Source: Candidatus Cloacimonadales bacterium (GTDB lineage: Bacteria > Cloacimonadota > Cloacimonadia > Cloacimonadales > JAIOQZ01). From it: a stretch of DNA of 64,000 bases. This document shows positions 38,848-49,800 of the stretch, one piece after another. The stretch is from the NCBI GenBank assembly GCA_963662655.2, contig CAXXTU010000002.1, forward strand, positions 2,592,001-2,656,000. The letters are read 5' to 3'. The stretch's first letter is position 1; every line of letters starts with the position of its first letter. The position numbers were made by a program, and so were the translations under genes. The notes under the pieces were generated by a model. That model was given only the letters and a program-made list of their open reading frames with translations. It ran no database searches and had not been told where the DNA came from.

Positions 38848-40491
38848 CTACCCCTCCAGCTTCTCGTAGTATTTTTCCACCTTGATGTCGTGGTCGGTTT
38901 GGAGTTGCTCGAACCAGTGTTCCCACTTATCTTTGAGGATTTGTTTGCGGATGGGTTCCTTCACCTGTGAGAAGGTGAGTTGCGCGCCCGGGACACGCTC
39001 GAGGATTTTGTAGATAACGTAACGATCGTCCTGCGGCACCGGCGGAACGATATCGCCTTCGGAGAACGGAGCGATCGTATCGTAGGTCTCTTTGAGGAAT
39101 TCGCGGTTCATGGGAGGCGAGATGCCCTTCGTGTATCCCTTGTTATCTTCGAGAGAATAGGTCGCGACGGCCTGCGAGAAATTGAGTCCCGCCTGAAGCT
39201 TGCGGAAGACGTCTTTGGCGGTATCGCTATCGGCAAGGATGATCTTCTGAAGCTTGAAGATATCCGAGCGGCGGTACTTCTGCGGGTTCTCCTCGTACTT
39301 CGCCAGGATTTCCCGGTCCGAAATCCGCATCTCACGGTCTTCGATGTAGGCGATCAGCTTACCGCCCCGCGCGATGTCGAGCTCGGCCTGACGCTTGTTC
39401 CACTCCAGGTTGAATCGCAGGGTGTTGTCGATGTGGATATCACGCGCGTACTGTACCTTCAAATCCTCCATCGCGATCTGCATGGCGGTGTCGATCAGCC
39501 AGTTGGGGGCAGCGTCGCGGATGTCGGCAATGCTGAAGTGATCCTTGAGTATCAGGATGAACTCCTCGAAGCGGATGTTCGATTCCTCGGTCACATAGCT
39601 GATGATAACCGTGGAACGAACCTCGGGATCCTGGAATTCGTCCTCCGTGATCGTATAGACCCGCGAAAGGAATTCGCGATTGACGACAATGCGCGATTCG
39701 AGGTCGCTTTGCAGGTTCTGAAGCATCTGCCCGTATTTTCTCCGGCGTACCTGATCGAATATGTGCGGCCAGACCTGCTCGAAATCGGGATTAGTGCCCC
39801 GGTAAAGGATTTCGTAGGCCATACCGCTGTCGAGGATATCCGTGTGCTGACCTGTCGCTGCAAGATTTTCTGCCGCTTCAAGGTACTGGGGACTTCCGAA
39901 GCTGTACAATTTCTGCGGATAGTATCCCCAGAATCCGCTGTCGGCATGGGTGCTGGGATCGCTGAATTCCATCAGGACTTCCGAAAAGGGTTTTCCGGCG
40001 TCCAGTTGAGCTTTCGCGGATTCGATCGTTTCCCGTGCATCGGAAGCGATTCGCGGAACGACGATGTGATACAATGATATATATGGGTGCTGCGAAAAGA
40101 ACGCCTTCTCCTCCGCCGTGTTCATGCCACCGCTTGTATCGGCGGCGTAGCGGGTGAATTCCTTGTTGAGGATTTCGCGGAAGGTATAGTCCTTCTCTTT
40201 CTGCACTTGCTCCTGGATCTCCTCGGCAAAAATGCCGGTCTTTTTTGCGTAAGCCTCAACGGCTTTTTGCACGATCAGGTTGTCCAGCAGCTTGACTTTC
40301 TCGTTGAAGGTGAACTCTTCCTGGCCGTCCTGCGTGGCATAGGCGAGGAAGTCGATGTAGGTGATGTTTTCGTTTCCGACTTGAGCGACAACGCGATTGC
40401 GATCGGAAGGCGTACGGTATTTGAAGAAGAACAGCAGAAACAGAATGACAAATCCTGTGAAAATCATGATTCGCTTATTGTATTTCTGCAC
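38848..40491 (-). CDS. Membrane-anchored PpiC-type peptidyl-prolyl isomerase/chaperone (SurA/PrsA/PpiD-like)
   Basis: N-terminal TM helix, VVAQVGNENIT and two degenerate rotamase domains; GTG start at 40491 after GAGG is inferred. Confidence 0.7.
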   Translation of the reverse strand: MQKYNKRIMIFTGFVILFLLFFFKYRTPSDRNRVVAQVGNENITYIDFLAYATQDGQEEFTFNEKVKLLDNLIVQKAVEAYAKKTGIFAEEIQEQVQKEKDYTFREILNKEFTRYAADTSGGMNTAEEKAFFSQHPYISLYHIVVPRIASDARETIESAKAQLDAGKPFSEVLMEFSDPSTHADSGFWGYYPQKLYSFGSPQYLEAAENLAATGQHTDILDSGMAYEILYRGTNPDFEQVWPHIFDQVRRRKYGQMLQNLQSDLESRIVVNREFLSRVYTITEDEFQDPEVRSTVIISYVTEESNIRFEEFILILKDHFSIADIRDAAPNWLIDTAMQIAMEDLKVQYARDIHIDNTLRFNLEWNKRQAELDIARGGKLIAYIEDREMRISDREILAKYEENPQKYRRSDIFKLQKIILADSDTAKDVFRKLQAGLNFSQAVATYSLEDNKGYTKGISPPMNREFLKETYDTIAPFSEGDIVPPVPQDDRYVIYKILERVPGAQLTFSQVKEPIRKQILKDKWEHWFEQLQTDHDIKVEKYYEKLEG

Positions 40492-40499
40492 GATAGCCT

Positions 40500-41630
40500 C
40501 TAGAGTTCTTCCGTAATCCAGCTGAATGTCGTGTTCTTGCCTTCGCGCCAAATCTTCAGTCGGATTTCCTCGCCGATCGCAAGATCGGACACCGCCAGCG
40601 CTACGTCGTCGAAATCCTTGATCTGGTAGTCGTTGATCTCCTGGATCACGTCGTTGAGCTTCAGGCCGGCGCGTTCCGCGGGACCGCCCTGCTCCACGCC
40701 AACGACGATGACGCCGTTGAGGTCTTCCAGTTTGAATTTGGAGGCGATCATGGGATTGATGTCCTGCACCGCGAAGCCGAAGTGACGATCGCGGATTTTT
40801 CCGTAGCGGACAAGCTCCTTGGCGATCTTCTTCACGCGGTCGATCGGAATGGCGAAACCGATGCCGACGCTTTCGCCGGACTCGGAGAAGATGAACGTGT
40901 TCAAGCCGATTACCTCGCCATTGATATTGACCAACGGGCCACCGCTATTACCCGGGTTGATCGCCGCGTCGGTCTGGATCATGCGCTTGTAAATTTTTCC
41001 GTCGCCAATCTCCGCGAAATTGCGTTCCACCGCCGAGATCACACCCACGGATACGCTGGGACGCGAATCCTTGATCAGGTAAGCATACGGATTTCCGACC
41101 GCGATAGACCACTCCCCGATGATCAGGTCTTCAGAGTCTCCCAGCTTCGCCACGGAAAGGTCGTTCCCGGAGATTTTCACAACAGCCACATCGTGAATGT
41201 TGTCGATTCCGATCAGCTCGGCGTCCATGTCGCGCCCATCGTTCAGGATGACGGTTATCTTGGTAGCGCCTTCCACCACGTGAGCATTGGTGATGATGTA
41301 CCCGCGTTCATCGATAATCACGCCAGTACCGATGCTCTGAACATCCTGACGGTACGGGATATCGAAGAATCCGAAGAAGGGATTCTGGAAGGGATTGGTG
41401 TAACGCCGGACAATCCTCGTCTTGAGGACGTTGACGCTCACCACGGCTACTTCCACCTCTTTTACCGCGCGCGTGATGGGATTCTCGCGGGAGAAATCCA
41501 TCTCGACAGGGTTGGCCTGGTAGACCACCTCGGAAGGCTGGAGTGTTTGAGAGGTGAAATGCTTGTACAGCAGGTAGTTCGCTGTAATAACGAGCAGCAC
41601 GAAAATCCAGTAGTGTGCGTATCGCTTCAT
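40500..41630 (-). CDS. HtrA/DegP-family serine protease with one PDZ domain
   Basis: Motifs TNAHVV, DVAVVK and TDAAINPGNSGGPL; C-terminal PDZ. Confidence 0.95.
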   Translation of the reverse strand: MKRYAHYWIFVLLVITANYLLYKHFTSQTLQPSEVVYQANPVEMDFSRENPITRAVKEVEVAVVSVNVLKTRIVRRYTNPFQNPFFGFFDIPYRQDVQSIGTGVIIDERGYIITNAHVVEGATKITVILNDGRDMDAELIGIDNIHDVAVVKISGNDLSVAKLGDSEDLIIGEWSIAVGNPYAYLIKDSRPSVSVGVISAVERNFAEIGDGKIYKRMIQTDAAINPGNSGGPLVNINGEVIGLNTFIFSESGESVGIGFAIPIDRVKKIAKELVRYGKIRDRHFGFAVQDINPMIASKFKLEDLNGVIVVGVEQGGPAERAGLKLNDVIQEINDYQIKDFDDVALAVSDLAIGEEIRLKIWREGKNTTFSWITEEL

Positions 41631-41650
41631 TGCTTCTCCGGTTGCTGGTT

Positions 41651-42679
41651 TCAGGCGGTTACGTATGCCGCCAGGAGTTTGAATGTGTTTTCCACCGCGT
41701 CACGGTGCGTTCGCTCGTATCCGTGCGAGGCGAATACCCCGGGTCCGATGAGCCCGTGCAGGATATCGCGTCCCGAGCCGAGCGTTACATCGACATCGGA
41801 GCCGTAGTGCGGGTAGATGTCAATCGCGTAATTGAGCTTTTCTCTGTCCGCCAGCTCGATCAGCTTGTTCGTGACCGAGTAATCATAGGGACTCATGGAG
41901 TCCTTGGCGCAGATGGATACCGTGTATTCGTCGGTCTCGAGGTCATCCCCCACCGCACCCATATCGACGCTGATCATTTCTACGGCGTCGTCCGGGATTC
42001 CCGCCGCGCCGCCGTGGCCGACTTCTTCGTAGTTGGTGAATACGAGGTAAACCTTGCGGGTCAATTGAATCTCCTCATCGCGAATCCATTTCGCCAGGCC
42101 GATGAAGATGCCGGCGCTTGCCTTGTCGTCCAGATGGCGCGATTTGATAAATCCGCTTTCCGTAACGACGGTACGGGAATCGAATGAAACGAAATCTCCC
42201 GCCCGAATACCGAGCTTCTGAACGTCCTCTTTCGACTTCACCTTTTCGTCGATAACGATCTCCACGTTTTCGTCGGTTCGCTTGGCCGTTCTCGCGTCGC
42301 TGTTCACGTGAGCCGACGGATTGTTGAGCTGGAAGGTGCCCGAATAGGTCTTGCCTTTGCGGGTGTGGATGATGCAGTTTTCCGTTTCGATGTAATTGAA
42401 GGGATATCCGCCCACCTGCGTTACCCTCAGTTTACCGGTTCCCTTGATACTGCGCACCATTGCGCCCAGTGTATCGATGTGCGCTGCCAGGACGAGTGGG
42501 TTGCCTTCTCCGCCCAGCTCCACGATGACCGATCCCTTGCGACTCTGGATCGTTTTGAACCCGAGCTTCGCGAATTCATCCAGAAGGTATTGCTGAGCTT
42601 GTACCGTGAACCCGGAAGGGCTCGGAATTCGGCAAAGGCTCGTAATCTGTTCAACTGAGTAATCGATGTATTTCTCCAT
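41651..42679 (-). CDS. M42-family aminopeptidase (alternative start 42691)
   Basis: Motifs AAHIDTLG, SRHLDDKA, YEEVGHG and ASHGYERTH. Confidence 0.92.
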   Translation of the reverse strand: MEKYIDYSVEQITSLCRIPSPSGFTVQAQQYLLDEFAKLGFKTIQSRKGSVIVELGGEGNPLVLAAHIDTLGAMVRSIKGTGKLRVTQVGGYPFNYIETENCIIHTRKGKTYSGTFQLNNPSAHVNSDARTAKRTDENVEIVIDEKVKSKEDVQKLGIRAGDFVSFDSRTVVTESGFIKSRHLDDKASAGIFIGLAKWIRDEEIQLTRKVYLVFTNYEEVGHGGAAGIPDDAVEMISVDMGAVGDDLETDEYTVSICAKDSMSPYDYSVTNKLIELADREKLNYAIDIYPHYGSDVDVTLGSGRDILHGLIGPGVFASHGYERTHRDAVENTFKLLAAYVTA

Positions 42680-42832
42680 GAACTTCTCCATATATATTAA
42701 TGTATTATCGATGGGATTTCCTCGCAGGACGAGGCGGATTATTCCTATAATCTCTATACCGTTTAATTACATAAAAAGCAACAGAAAAGTCAAGCGTCAA
42801 GTTTTTCAAGCGAATTGTGAGTATAAAAGGAG

Positions 42833-42860
42833 AACGCCACCCCGAAATTGGAGTGGCGTT
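42833..42860 (-). terminator. Probable terminator after the Rgp-like gene
   Basis: aacgccaccccgaaattggagtggcgtt stem with an A-rich left flank. Confidence 0.55.
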
Positions 42861-42955
42861 CATGAAACGGTTTGGGTTTATATGATCCGAGTATCATATT
42901 CGCACTGAAAGCAAGTTAACCAAACAGGCTTTCAGGCATACCAGCTCATATGACA

Positions 42956-45900
42956 CTACTTGAGAAGGATCATCTTTTTCGTTGAGGTGTAGCGACCGGC
43001 TTTCATCTTGTAGAAGTAGATGCCGGAGCTAACCTGCTTGTCGAGATTGTCCTCTCCTCCCCAGATAATTGAATGGTTGCCTTTGTCAAGCTTTTCATTC
43101 ACAAGGGTTTTAACTTTCTGACCTTTGATGTTGAAAACATCGATACGAACATCGGAAGTCTCAGCAAGCGAGAAGGCAATATTCGTTTCCGGGTTGAAAG
43201 GATTGGGGAAGTTCCCCGCGAGCTCGGTTACGAGTTCGGGAACATCTCCTCCAGTTCCGCTTCCAACGCCGGTTGCATCGATTGTTATCGAGGTTTCGGG
43301 CATGAAGGGATCGTTGGTAGTGATCACGATCTCGCCGCTGTAATCATCGATATTTTCCGGAGCAAAGATGAGCGTGAAGGTGTGGTAACTCTGCTCGGAA
43401 ATCGAGAAAGAATAATCTTCGCGCACGGTTCTTTCTTTCTTGTTGGTGCTGTTGCGAGTCGACTGCGTTCCGGCAATGAGGAAACCGTCGTAGGTTTCGA
43501 TATTTCCGTTCAGGGTTTCGCTACCGTAGTTGTAAACCGTGAAATTGACGGATGCGGATTCATTCACAAGGACTTCGCCGAATTCGATCTCCTGGTGGGA
43601 GAGTGCGATCATCGGCGCAGGATCGGCAGCGGGTGATGGGAACTGAATCATGTCGATCCACGCTCTATCGTAACCGTTGCTGAGGGATCCGTCTTTGCTG
43701 TATGTCCACGAGAAGCTGTGACTTCCTGCCGTAACGGGATATGAAACCATTTCCCAGTTCACCTGGCCCGACCATCTTCCGGCTTGCGAGCCGTCAATCT
43801 TGAAGGTGAGGTAGTCGCCGTCAGCTTCACTGGAGACCTTGCGGAAGAATGAAATTACGCCATCGGTGGCAACTTCGACAAAGATCAACGCAGTTGAATA
43901 CTGGTTGTGCGAGATCGTTCCGGATGTAAGGCAGTAATCGCCTTCGTAAGCTTCTTCCTGATCCAGGGTCCAGTTCGAGTTTCCGGTGAAAGACCAGCCG
44001 AAATCCTCGATACCGTTTTCGAAGTCTTCGCTGTTCATCGACACGCTGGCGGCAAGGGTCGTTTGAAGAAGGTAGCTGCCGGATGTATAACCAAAGCCGA
44101 AAGTGATGGCCGAGTCTTCATCGACATTTGCGGAAAGCGTGACGATAAACGTTGCTTCGTCATCTTCCTCAGGATCGAGCTCATTGATTTCGACCGTGTT
44201 TTCGGAAATTGTAATCCATGGGTTGTTGCAAATCAGGACTGCGCTGCCTTCAAGGGCATTCGCGTGTCCGGTGTTGGTGATCGGAACAATGAGCGCTACC
44301 GTCTCGCCCGGATCGAGGCTACCGTTGTTGTTACCCGATACGTCGAAGATGTCCATATTGCCCAGCTCGAATGCTGGGGCGTTGACGACAACAGACTTCT
44401 GCGATTCGAATTGCTGATCGTTTCCGTTTGCCGTGCAGGATATCAGGATGTCGAACGTGAGTTCGTGCTGATCCGGGATGTCGCCGGCAATCCGAATTCC
44501 GAATGCGTCTTCGAGGACGACTTCCGAGTTGTTCGCGATCTGAGCGATCTCGGCAGAATCGTCGGTGATGGTTACATAAGGATCGTCCATGGTGATTGTG
44601 GCAACAACGTTGTCGGCCGCTTCGCTTCCGACGTTGTTGAGCGGAAGGTCGATCGTGATTTCTTCGCCGAATTCGGGAACGCTGTTGTTCCCGTCGTTGT
44701 ATTCCAGGTTGCCGGCAACGATGTATGCGCCTTCGTTGGGAAGGAGCGCGACCGTTTCTTCGATCGTGATTTTATTGTAGCCGGTCACCGTGAGAAGAAG
44801 GTCGCACGGCTGTTGAGGAACGTTCCAGAGTTCCAGCGTGACATTGCCGCTGGCGTTTGTGTAGCCGCGGCCGATGGCCTGGCCATCGTATGAGAGACAA
44901 ACCATCGCGTTCTCGATATCGGTCTGTACTTCGTAAGTCTCGACGCCGATGAGGAGTTCGCTCGGGTAGGTTATCGTGAATTCTTCCGGCGTGTCCGTTC
45001 TTACCTGGAGTGTCGCATCGCCGAAGATGTGCCAGGTCATGAACATATCCACGCCGTCGCCACTGGTGTAGTTGTCCATCATCGAGCAGGAACCGTTGTA
45101 CCAGAGGCCGCCGACGGTGTTTTTCTCTTCACCGGTGAGAAGGTTAACGTATTCGTCTTGCGATTCCATCGGTGGCGCCCAGTCCTGATTGACCGTAGAA
45201 GCGTACATCGCTACAGCGCCGGTCGGGGCGTTCGTGGAGCCGTTGGTGGCACGGAGCCAGGCTTCCGCGAAGCATGTCGTGCTGGTGAAGTTACCGTTCA
45301 CGCAGGCTACCGAAGAGATAAACGGAAGCATGTAGTCGTTCGTAAGTGCGTTGACATGGCTGTTCGAGAATCCGGTGGAAACCCATGATGTGTTTGAGCC
45401 GTGGCCGCAGTACATGACTTCGCCGCGCCCTGCATTCAGGCCGCTGGAAACCATGGAGGAGGTTCCGCCGTTGTTGTCGTAAATCTCGTCAATTTCCGAA
45501 TAGGTGTATGCCATCAGTTGGGTGCGAAGTCCGCCGATGTGAGCGTAGTCCGATTGTCCTTCATCACCCTGGCCGGCTCCCTGGCTGGATGCGATACCCA
45601 TCCCTTTGTGAAGCCAGTCGCCATCGACAATGTCCCGTTCGTAATAAATGGTGCGTTCCACCTGCGTTTCAACTTGTGCGACCGTTTCTGCAGAGAAACG
45701 TCCCACGAAGATATCCGGGTAGTTGTCGTTACCTTCGAGAAGGCTGTAGGTTGGGTCCGATCCGCCGATTGTCCATGGGTCCACCTCGTACATATAGGTG
45801 GGGATTTGGGCTGCGTCGCCAACGAGCTGTACGAACGTCAGACCTTCGTCTACATAAACAGCCTGTACGTAATACATGACATCGTCTTCATCCGAGCCGA

Positions 45901-46702
45901 CTTCGCTCATAGGAACGAGGTCGACGTCGAATCCCTTCTGGATTTTCCAATCGACATAAGGCTGAATGGCTTCCATGAAGTTGTCGTCGCAAATCACGAG
46001 CAGCCTGCCCTGTTCATCGACCGCATCGTAACGCGGAGACGCATAGTTGATGAACTGGCCTTCGTAGATCGGCTTGAAATATGGGCTGACCGACGCATTG
46101 TGACGTACTTTGACGTTGCGCGTATCTGCGCCGACACGGTTGATTTCGATCGTCATGCTGTGGTATACGCGTAATGTTTGGGTAACCGGATTGTAGGCAA
46201 AAGGATATGCGTTAACCACGATTCCGCGAACATCGCGCATGATGTAGGGCTCGCCGAGTGTTACGAGCGAACCGGGATAAAATTCGTCCTGCTGATAGAC
46301 ATTTGAAAATTCGTAAGGAACTGTACTTGGATCGACTGAACGCGAGATGGACCCACGAGACGGGATCACGGGCATCCGATAGTCCGTGTAATCGCTGGAG
46401 ATCACTTGAGCTTCCATGAGTGCGTCGTCACCGATCGAGATACTTCTGGTGATCTTCGGAAGTTCCGGATCTCCGGCCGTGTATGTCCTGCTTTCTTTTT
46501 CAAGACCGAGCCGGTACATGGTTTGTCCGTCGATTTCAACAGCCTGGCGCTCGAAAGAACCGAAGTTGTATTCGATGACCACTTGCTGCTCGCTAGAAGA
46601 TACGACATCTACACCAAACGAACGGCTGTTCATCTTGATGCTTTCTGCCGAAACACCGAGTGCAAGAAAGAGCACCAGAATTAGAATCGTACCTTTTTTC
46701 AT
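42956..46702 (-). CDS. C25 cysteine peptidase, Arg-gingipain (Rgp)-like, with propeptide and CTD
   Basis: Motifs YCGHGS, VACVNG, GIASSQG...SD and ASTVNQDWAPPM; start MKKGT at 46702 after a GGAGG RBS. Confidence 0.9.
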   Translation of the reverse strand: MKKGTILILVLFLALGVSAESIKMNSRSFGVDVVSSSEQQVVIEYNFGSFERQAVEIDGQTMYRLGLEKESRTYTAGDPELPKITRSISIGDDALMEAQVISSDYTDYRMPVIPSRGSISRSVDPSTVPYEFSNVYQQDEFYPGSLVTLGEPYIMRDVRGIVVNAYPFAYNPVTQTLRVYHSMTIEINRVGADTRNVKVRHNASVSPYFKPIYEGQFINYASPRYDAVDEQGRLLVICDDNFMEAIQPYVDWKIQKGFDVDLVPMSEVGSDEDDVMYYVQAVYVDEGLTFVQLVGDAAQIPTYMYEVDPWTIGGSDPTYSLLEGNDNYPDIFVGRFSAETVAQVETQVERTIYYERDIVDGDWLHKGMGIASSQGAGQGDEGQSDYAHIGGLRTQLMAYTYSEIDEIYDNNGGTSSMVSSGLNAGRGEVMYCGHGSNTSWVSTGFSNSHVNALTNDYMLPFISSVACVNGNFTSTTCFAEAWLRATNGSTNAPTGAVAMYASTVNQDWAPPMESQDEYVNLLTGEEKNTVGGLWYNGSCSMMDNYTSGDGVDMFMTWHIFGDATLQVRTDTPEEFTITYPSELLIGVETYEVQTDIENAMVCLSYDGQAIGRGYTNASGNVTLELWNVPQQPCDLLLTVTGYNKITIEETVALLPNEGAYIVAGNLEYNDGNNSVPEFGEEITIDLPLNNVGSEAADNVVATITMDDPYVTITDDSAEIAQIANNSEVVLEDAFGIRIAGDIPDQHELTFDILISCTANGNDQQFESQKSVVVNAPAFELGNMDIFDVSGNNNGSLDPGETVALIVPITNTGHANALEGSAVLICNNPWITISENTVEINELDPEEDDEATFIVTLSANVDEDSAITFGFGYTSGSYLLQTTLAASVSMNSEDFENGIEDFGWSFTGNSNWTLDQEEAYEGDYCLTSGTISHNQYSTALIFVEVATDGVISFFRKVSSEADGDYLTFKIDGSQAGRWSGQVNWEMVSYPVTAGSHSFSWTYSKDGSLSNGYDRAWIDMIQFPSPAADPAPMIALSHQEIEFGEVLVNESASVNFTVYNYGSETLNGNIETYDGFLIAGTQSTRNSTNKKERTVREDYSFSISEQSYHTFTLIFAPENIDDYSGEIVITTNDPFMPETSITIDATGVGSGTGGDVPELVTELAGNFPNPFNPETNIAFSLAETSDVRIDVFNIKGQKVKTLVNEKLDKGNHSIIWGGEDNLDKQVSSGIYFYKMKAGRYTSTKKMILLK

Positions 46703-46847
46703 ATTTCCTCCAAAGTTTGGAGTGCTCACCCGTTTCGGGTGAGCACGACATATCTTACTTATAATAACTCTTACACATAAATTTATCTGTGTTATATCCG
46801 GCATTCACGGTTTTCATACAACGTAGAATCCATTATACCGGATAACA

Positions 46848-49800
46848 CTATTTTATCAACAACATTTTTTTGACGGACACGTAGCGCCCGGTTTTCATCT
46901 TGTAGAAGTAAACACCGCTACCAACCTGATGATTGTTCTGGTCTTTGCCTTCCCAAACGATGCTGTGGTTTCCCGCATCCATCTTCTGAGAAACAAGCGT
47001 TTTCACCTTCTGGCCGAGGATGTTGAACACGTCGATGCGGACATCGCTCTTCTCGGCGAGCGAGAAGGAAATCGTGGTCTCGGGGTTGAACGGGTTCGGA
47101 TAGTTGCCCTTGAGTTCCGTTGTGAATACAGGGACATCGTTTCCGTTTTCGCCCATGATGTATCCGCTTGCTGCAACGTTGATAACGCTGTTCTCCGCGT
47201 AGGGATCGTTGCTCGTGATGGTGATTTCGCCACTGAAGTCGCCTTCATCGAGCGGAGCGAAAACGAGGGTGAACATCCAGGCGTCGCCCGGTTCGATCGA
47301 GTAGGTGTACATCTCACGGGTTTGCTTGGAGCTCTTGGACGAACGTGTTTCGCGAGCGGAATCGAGAAGCAGGGTGAATCCATCGATGGTGTTCACCGCA
47401 CCGTCCATGGTCTCGTTACCGTAGTTGAAGATGGTGACGTCAACCAGAACGCTGTCGCCCACCATCACATCGCCGAAATCGAGATCGGTTTCGTTGACCA
47501 TGAAGATCGGCGTAGGATCGGAAGGAACAGACGGGAACTGGATCAGGTCGATCCACGCGCAGTCGCTGCCGTGGCTCTCGGAATTGTCTTTTTTATAAAC
47601 CCATTTGAAGGTGTGGACACCTTCTGTAACCTCGTAAGAAGCCTGCGCCCAGTTGATGGAGCCGGCCCATTCCTGCGTCATCGTGTTGTCGATGTAAAAT
47701 TGCAGGTAATCGTAATCTTCTTCGCTGGAAACGCGGTAAAAGAACGACATCTCGCCATCGGATGCGATATCGACGGATATTTCCGCTACTGATGTTTGAT
47801 TGTGGGAGATCGTACCGGAGCGGAGGCAGTAATCGCCTTCGAAAACGTCGTTTTCCGTGAGGTTCCAGCTTGCGTTTCCGCTCATGTCCCAACCAAAGAG
47901 ATCGAGTCCGTTCTCGAAATCTTCGTACATTTCGGAAACGGTTACGCCGTAGGTGATCTGGAAGGAGTACTCTCCGGCGAAAATGCCGAAACCGAGATTG
48001 ATGTCGATGCCTTCGGGAACATCTTCCGCGAGTGTCACAATGAACGTGGCGTCTTCGGATTCATCGATGTCGAGAGAACCGATGTCATCGGAGTTTCCGT
48101 CAATGGTGATGTACGGGTTGTTACAGATCAGCATCGCGGTAACGTCGGGCGAATCCACGTGGCCGGTGTTCGTTACCGGGAAGGAAATGGCTGTTGTCTC
48201 ACCCGGGTCTAGCTGGCCGTTGTTGTTTCCGTTCACGTCGAAAACGCTCATCTCGCCGATTTCGAAATCGGGGGCGTTCACGGTAATCTCGTTATGCATT
48301 TCCCAGGTGGCTTCTTCGCCGTTCACGGTCGCCGAGATATGAATGTCGATTGAAAGCTCATGCTGGTCCGGGACGTTTCCGGCGATTTCCATCGAGAATG
48401 CGTCGGTAAGCGTGACTGACTCATTGGAAGAGAGTAATTGCAGCGTTACTTCGTTATCGGTGAACGATGCGTACCCGTCGGTGCAAATGACCGTAATGGT
48501 GATATCCTGTGCCGGATCGTTACCGACGTTTGTGAGAGGCAGGCTGAGAAGCGCTGCTTCCGCAAATTCCGGGATGTTGTTCTCGCCGTCCGAATAGATG
48601 AAATCGTCGGCAATCAGATATGCGCCGTCGCTCGGGACAACCTGAACGGTCGTGATGACCGGCTGACGGTTCTGTGCCGTGATCACAAGCTGGGCATCGC
48701 CAGGCTCGGTGAACGGAACGATATCCATGGTGAGGTTGCCGCTGTCGTCGACGAGGCCAACGCCGTAAACTTCGCCATCCATCGTGAGGCTGACGTATGA
48801 ATATGGATCGGCGGTTACTTCGAACTGGGTCAGGCCGATGAGGATTTGCTCCCCGTACTCGACGGTGTTCTCAATCGGAACGCCCATGTAAGGCGTAATG
48901 GATGGTTCGCCCATCAGCTCGTAGATTTCCCAGTAGTAATTCTGATCGCCGCCGCCTTCGACCACCGCGAGGTTGCCGCACATGACCATTGATCCGGCGG
49001 TCACGAACCAGTCTTCTTCGCCTTCGCCGTTGTCGTGGAAAAGGCCGTCGTACGTACCGCGACCGGTGCCTTCGTATGTAGGGTTGGTAACGATACTACC
49101 CGCGCCAACGCCCCACCAGTAGTCTTCGTCCCAGTAGGTACTGTTGGTACCGCCGATATAACCGATGGCTCCCTTGTTCGCCGCGCGAAGCCATGCTTCG
49201 GCGAAACACTGAGTCTCCTGAAATTCATTCGTGGAGCAGCAGTTGCCAACCACCATGGGGTATTCCCCGTTGTTGTTGAGACTGTTAATATCGGATATCG
49301 TGAACTGCGGGTCTGCCCACGAAGAAGGGCTGCCGTGTGCCGTGTAGTTGACGAATCCCACACCGTTGCTGACATCGCTGATAATGTTCGAGGAATTGCT
49401 TCCTGAATTCGGGTAGAGGTAGGTGTGAGATTCGATGTCGTGATCTTCGTTGAAATAGTTTGTGGTTCCGTAGTTGATCTGACCGTTCGCCCATGTGGAC
49501 CCGTGGTATGAATCCATTCCGGCGATCATGACGACTTCGCCGAGGTAGCTGGGATCGGGCATTTCGTACTTCTCGTACATGAGGGTCTTGTCGATCTGCG
49601 GTTGCAGTTCGCTTGTATTGTTCGCGGAGAAACGACCGTAATACATCTCCGGGAAGAAGTCGTTCCCGTCGAGTTTGACGTAGTTCAAGTCGGTAATATG
49701 GTTTCCCTGGCTTCCGTTGTAAGCAGGAATCTGAGCAACGTCGCCGACAAAGAGAACGAAGGATGGCGCCGGATCTGTGTCGGTGGCTTCGTCGTAAAGG

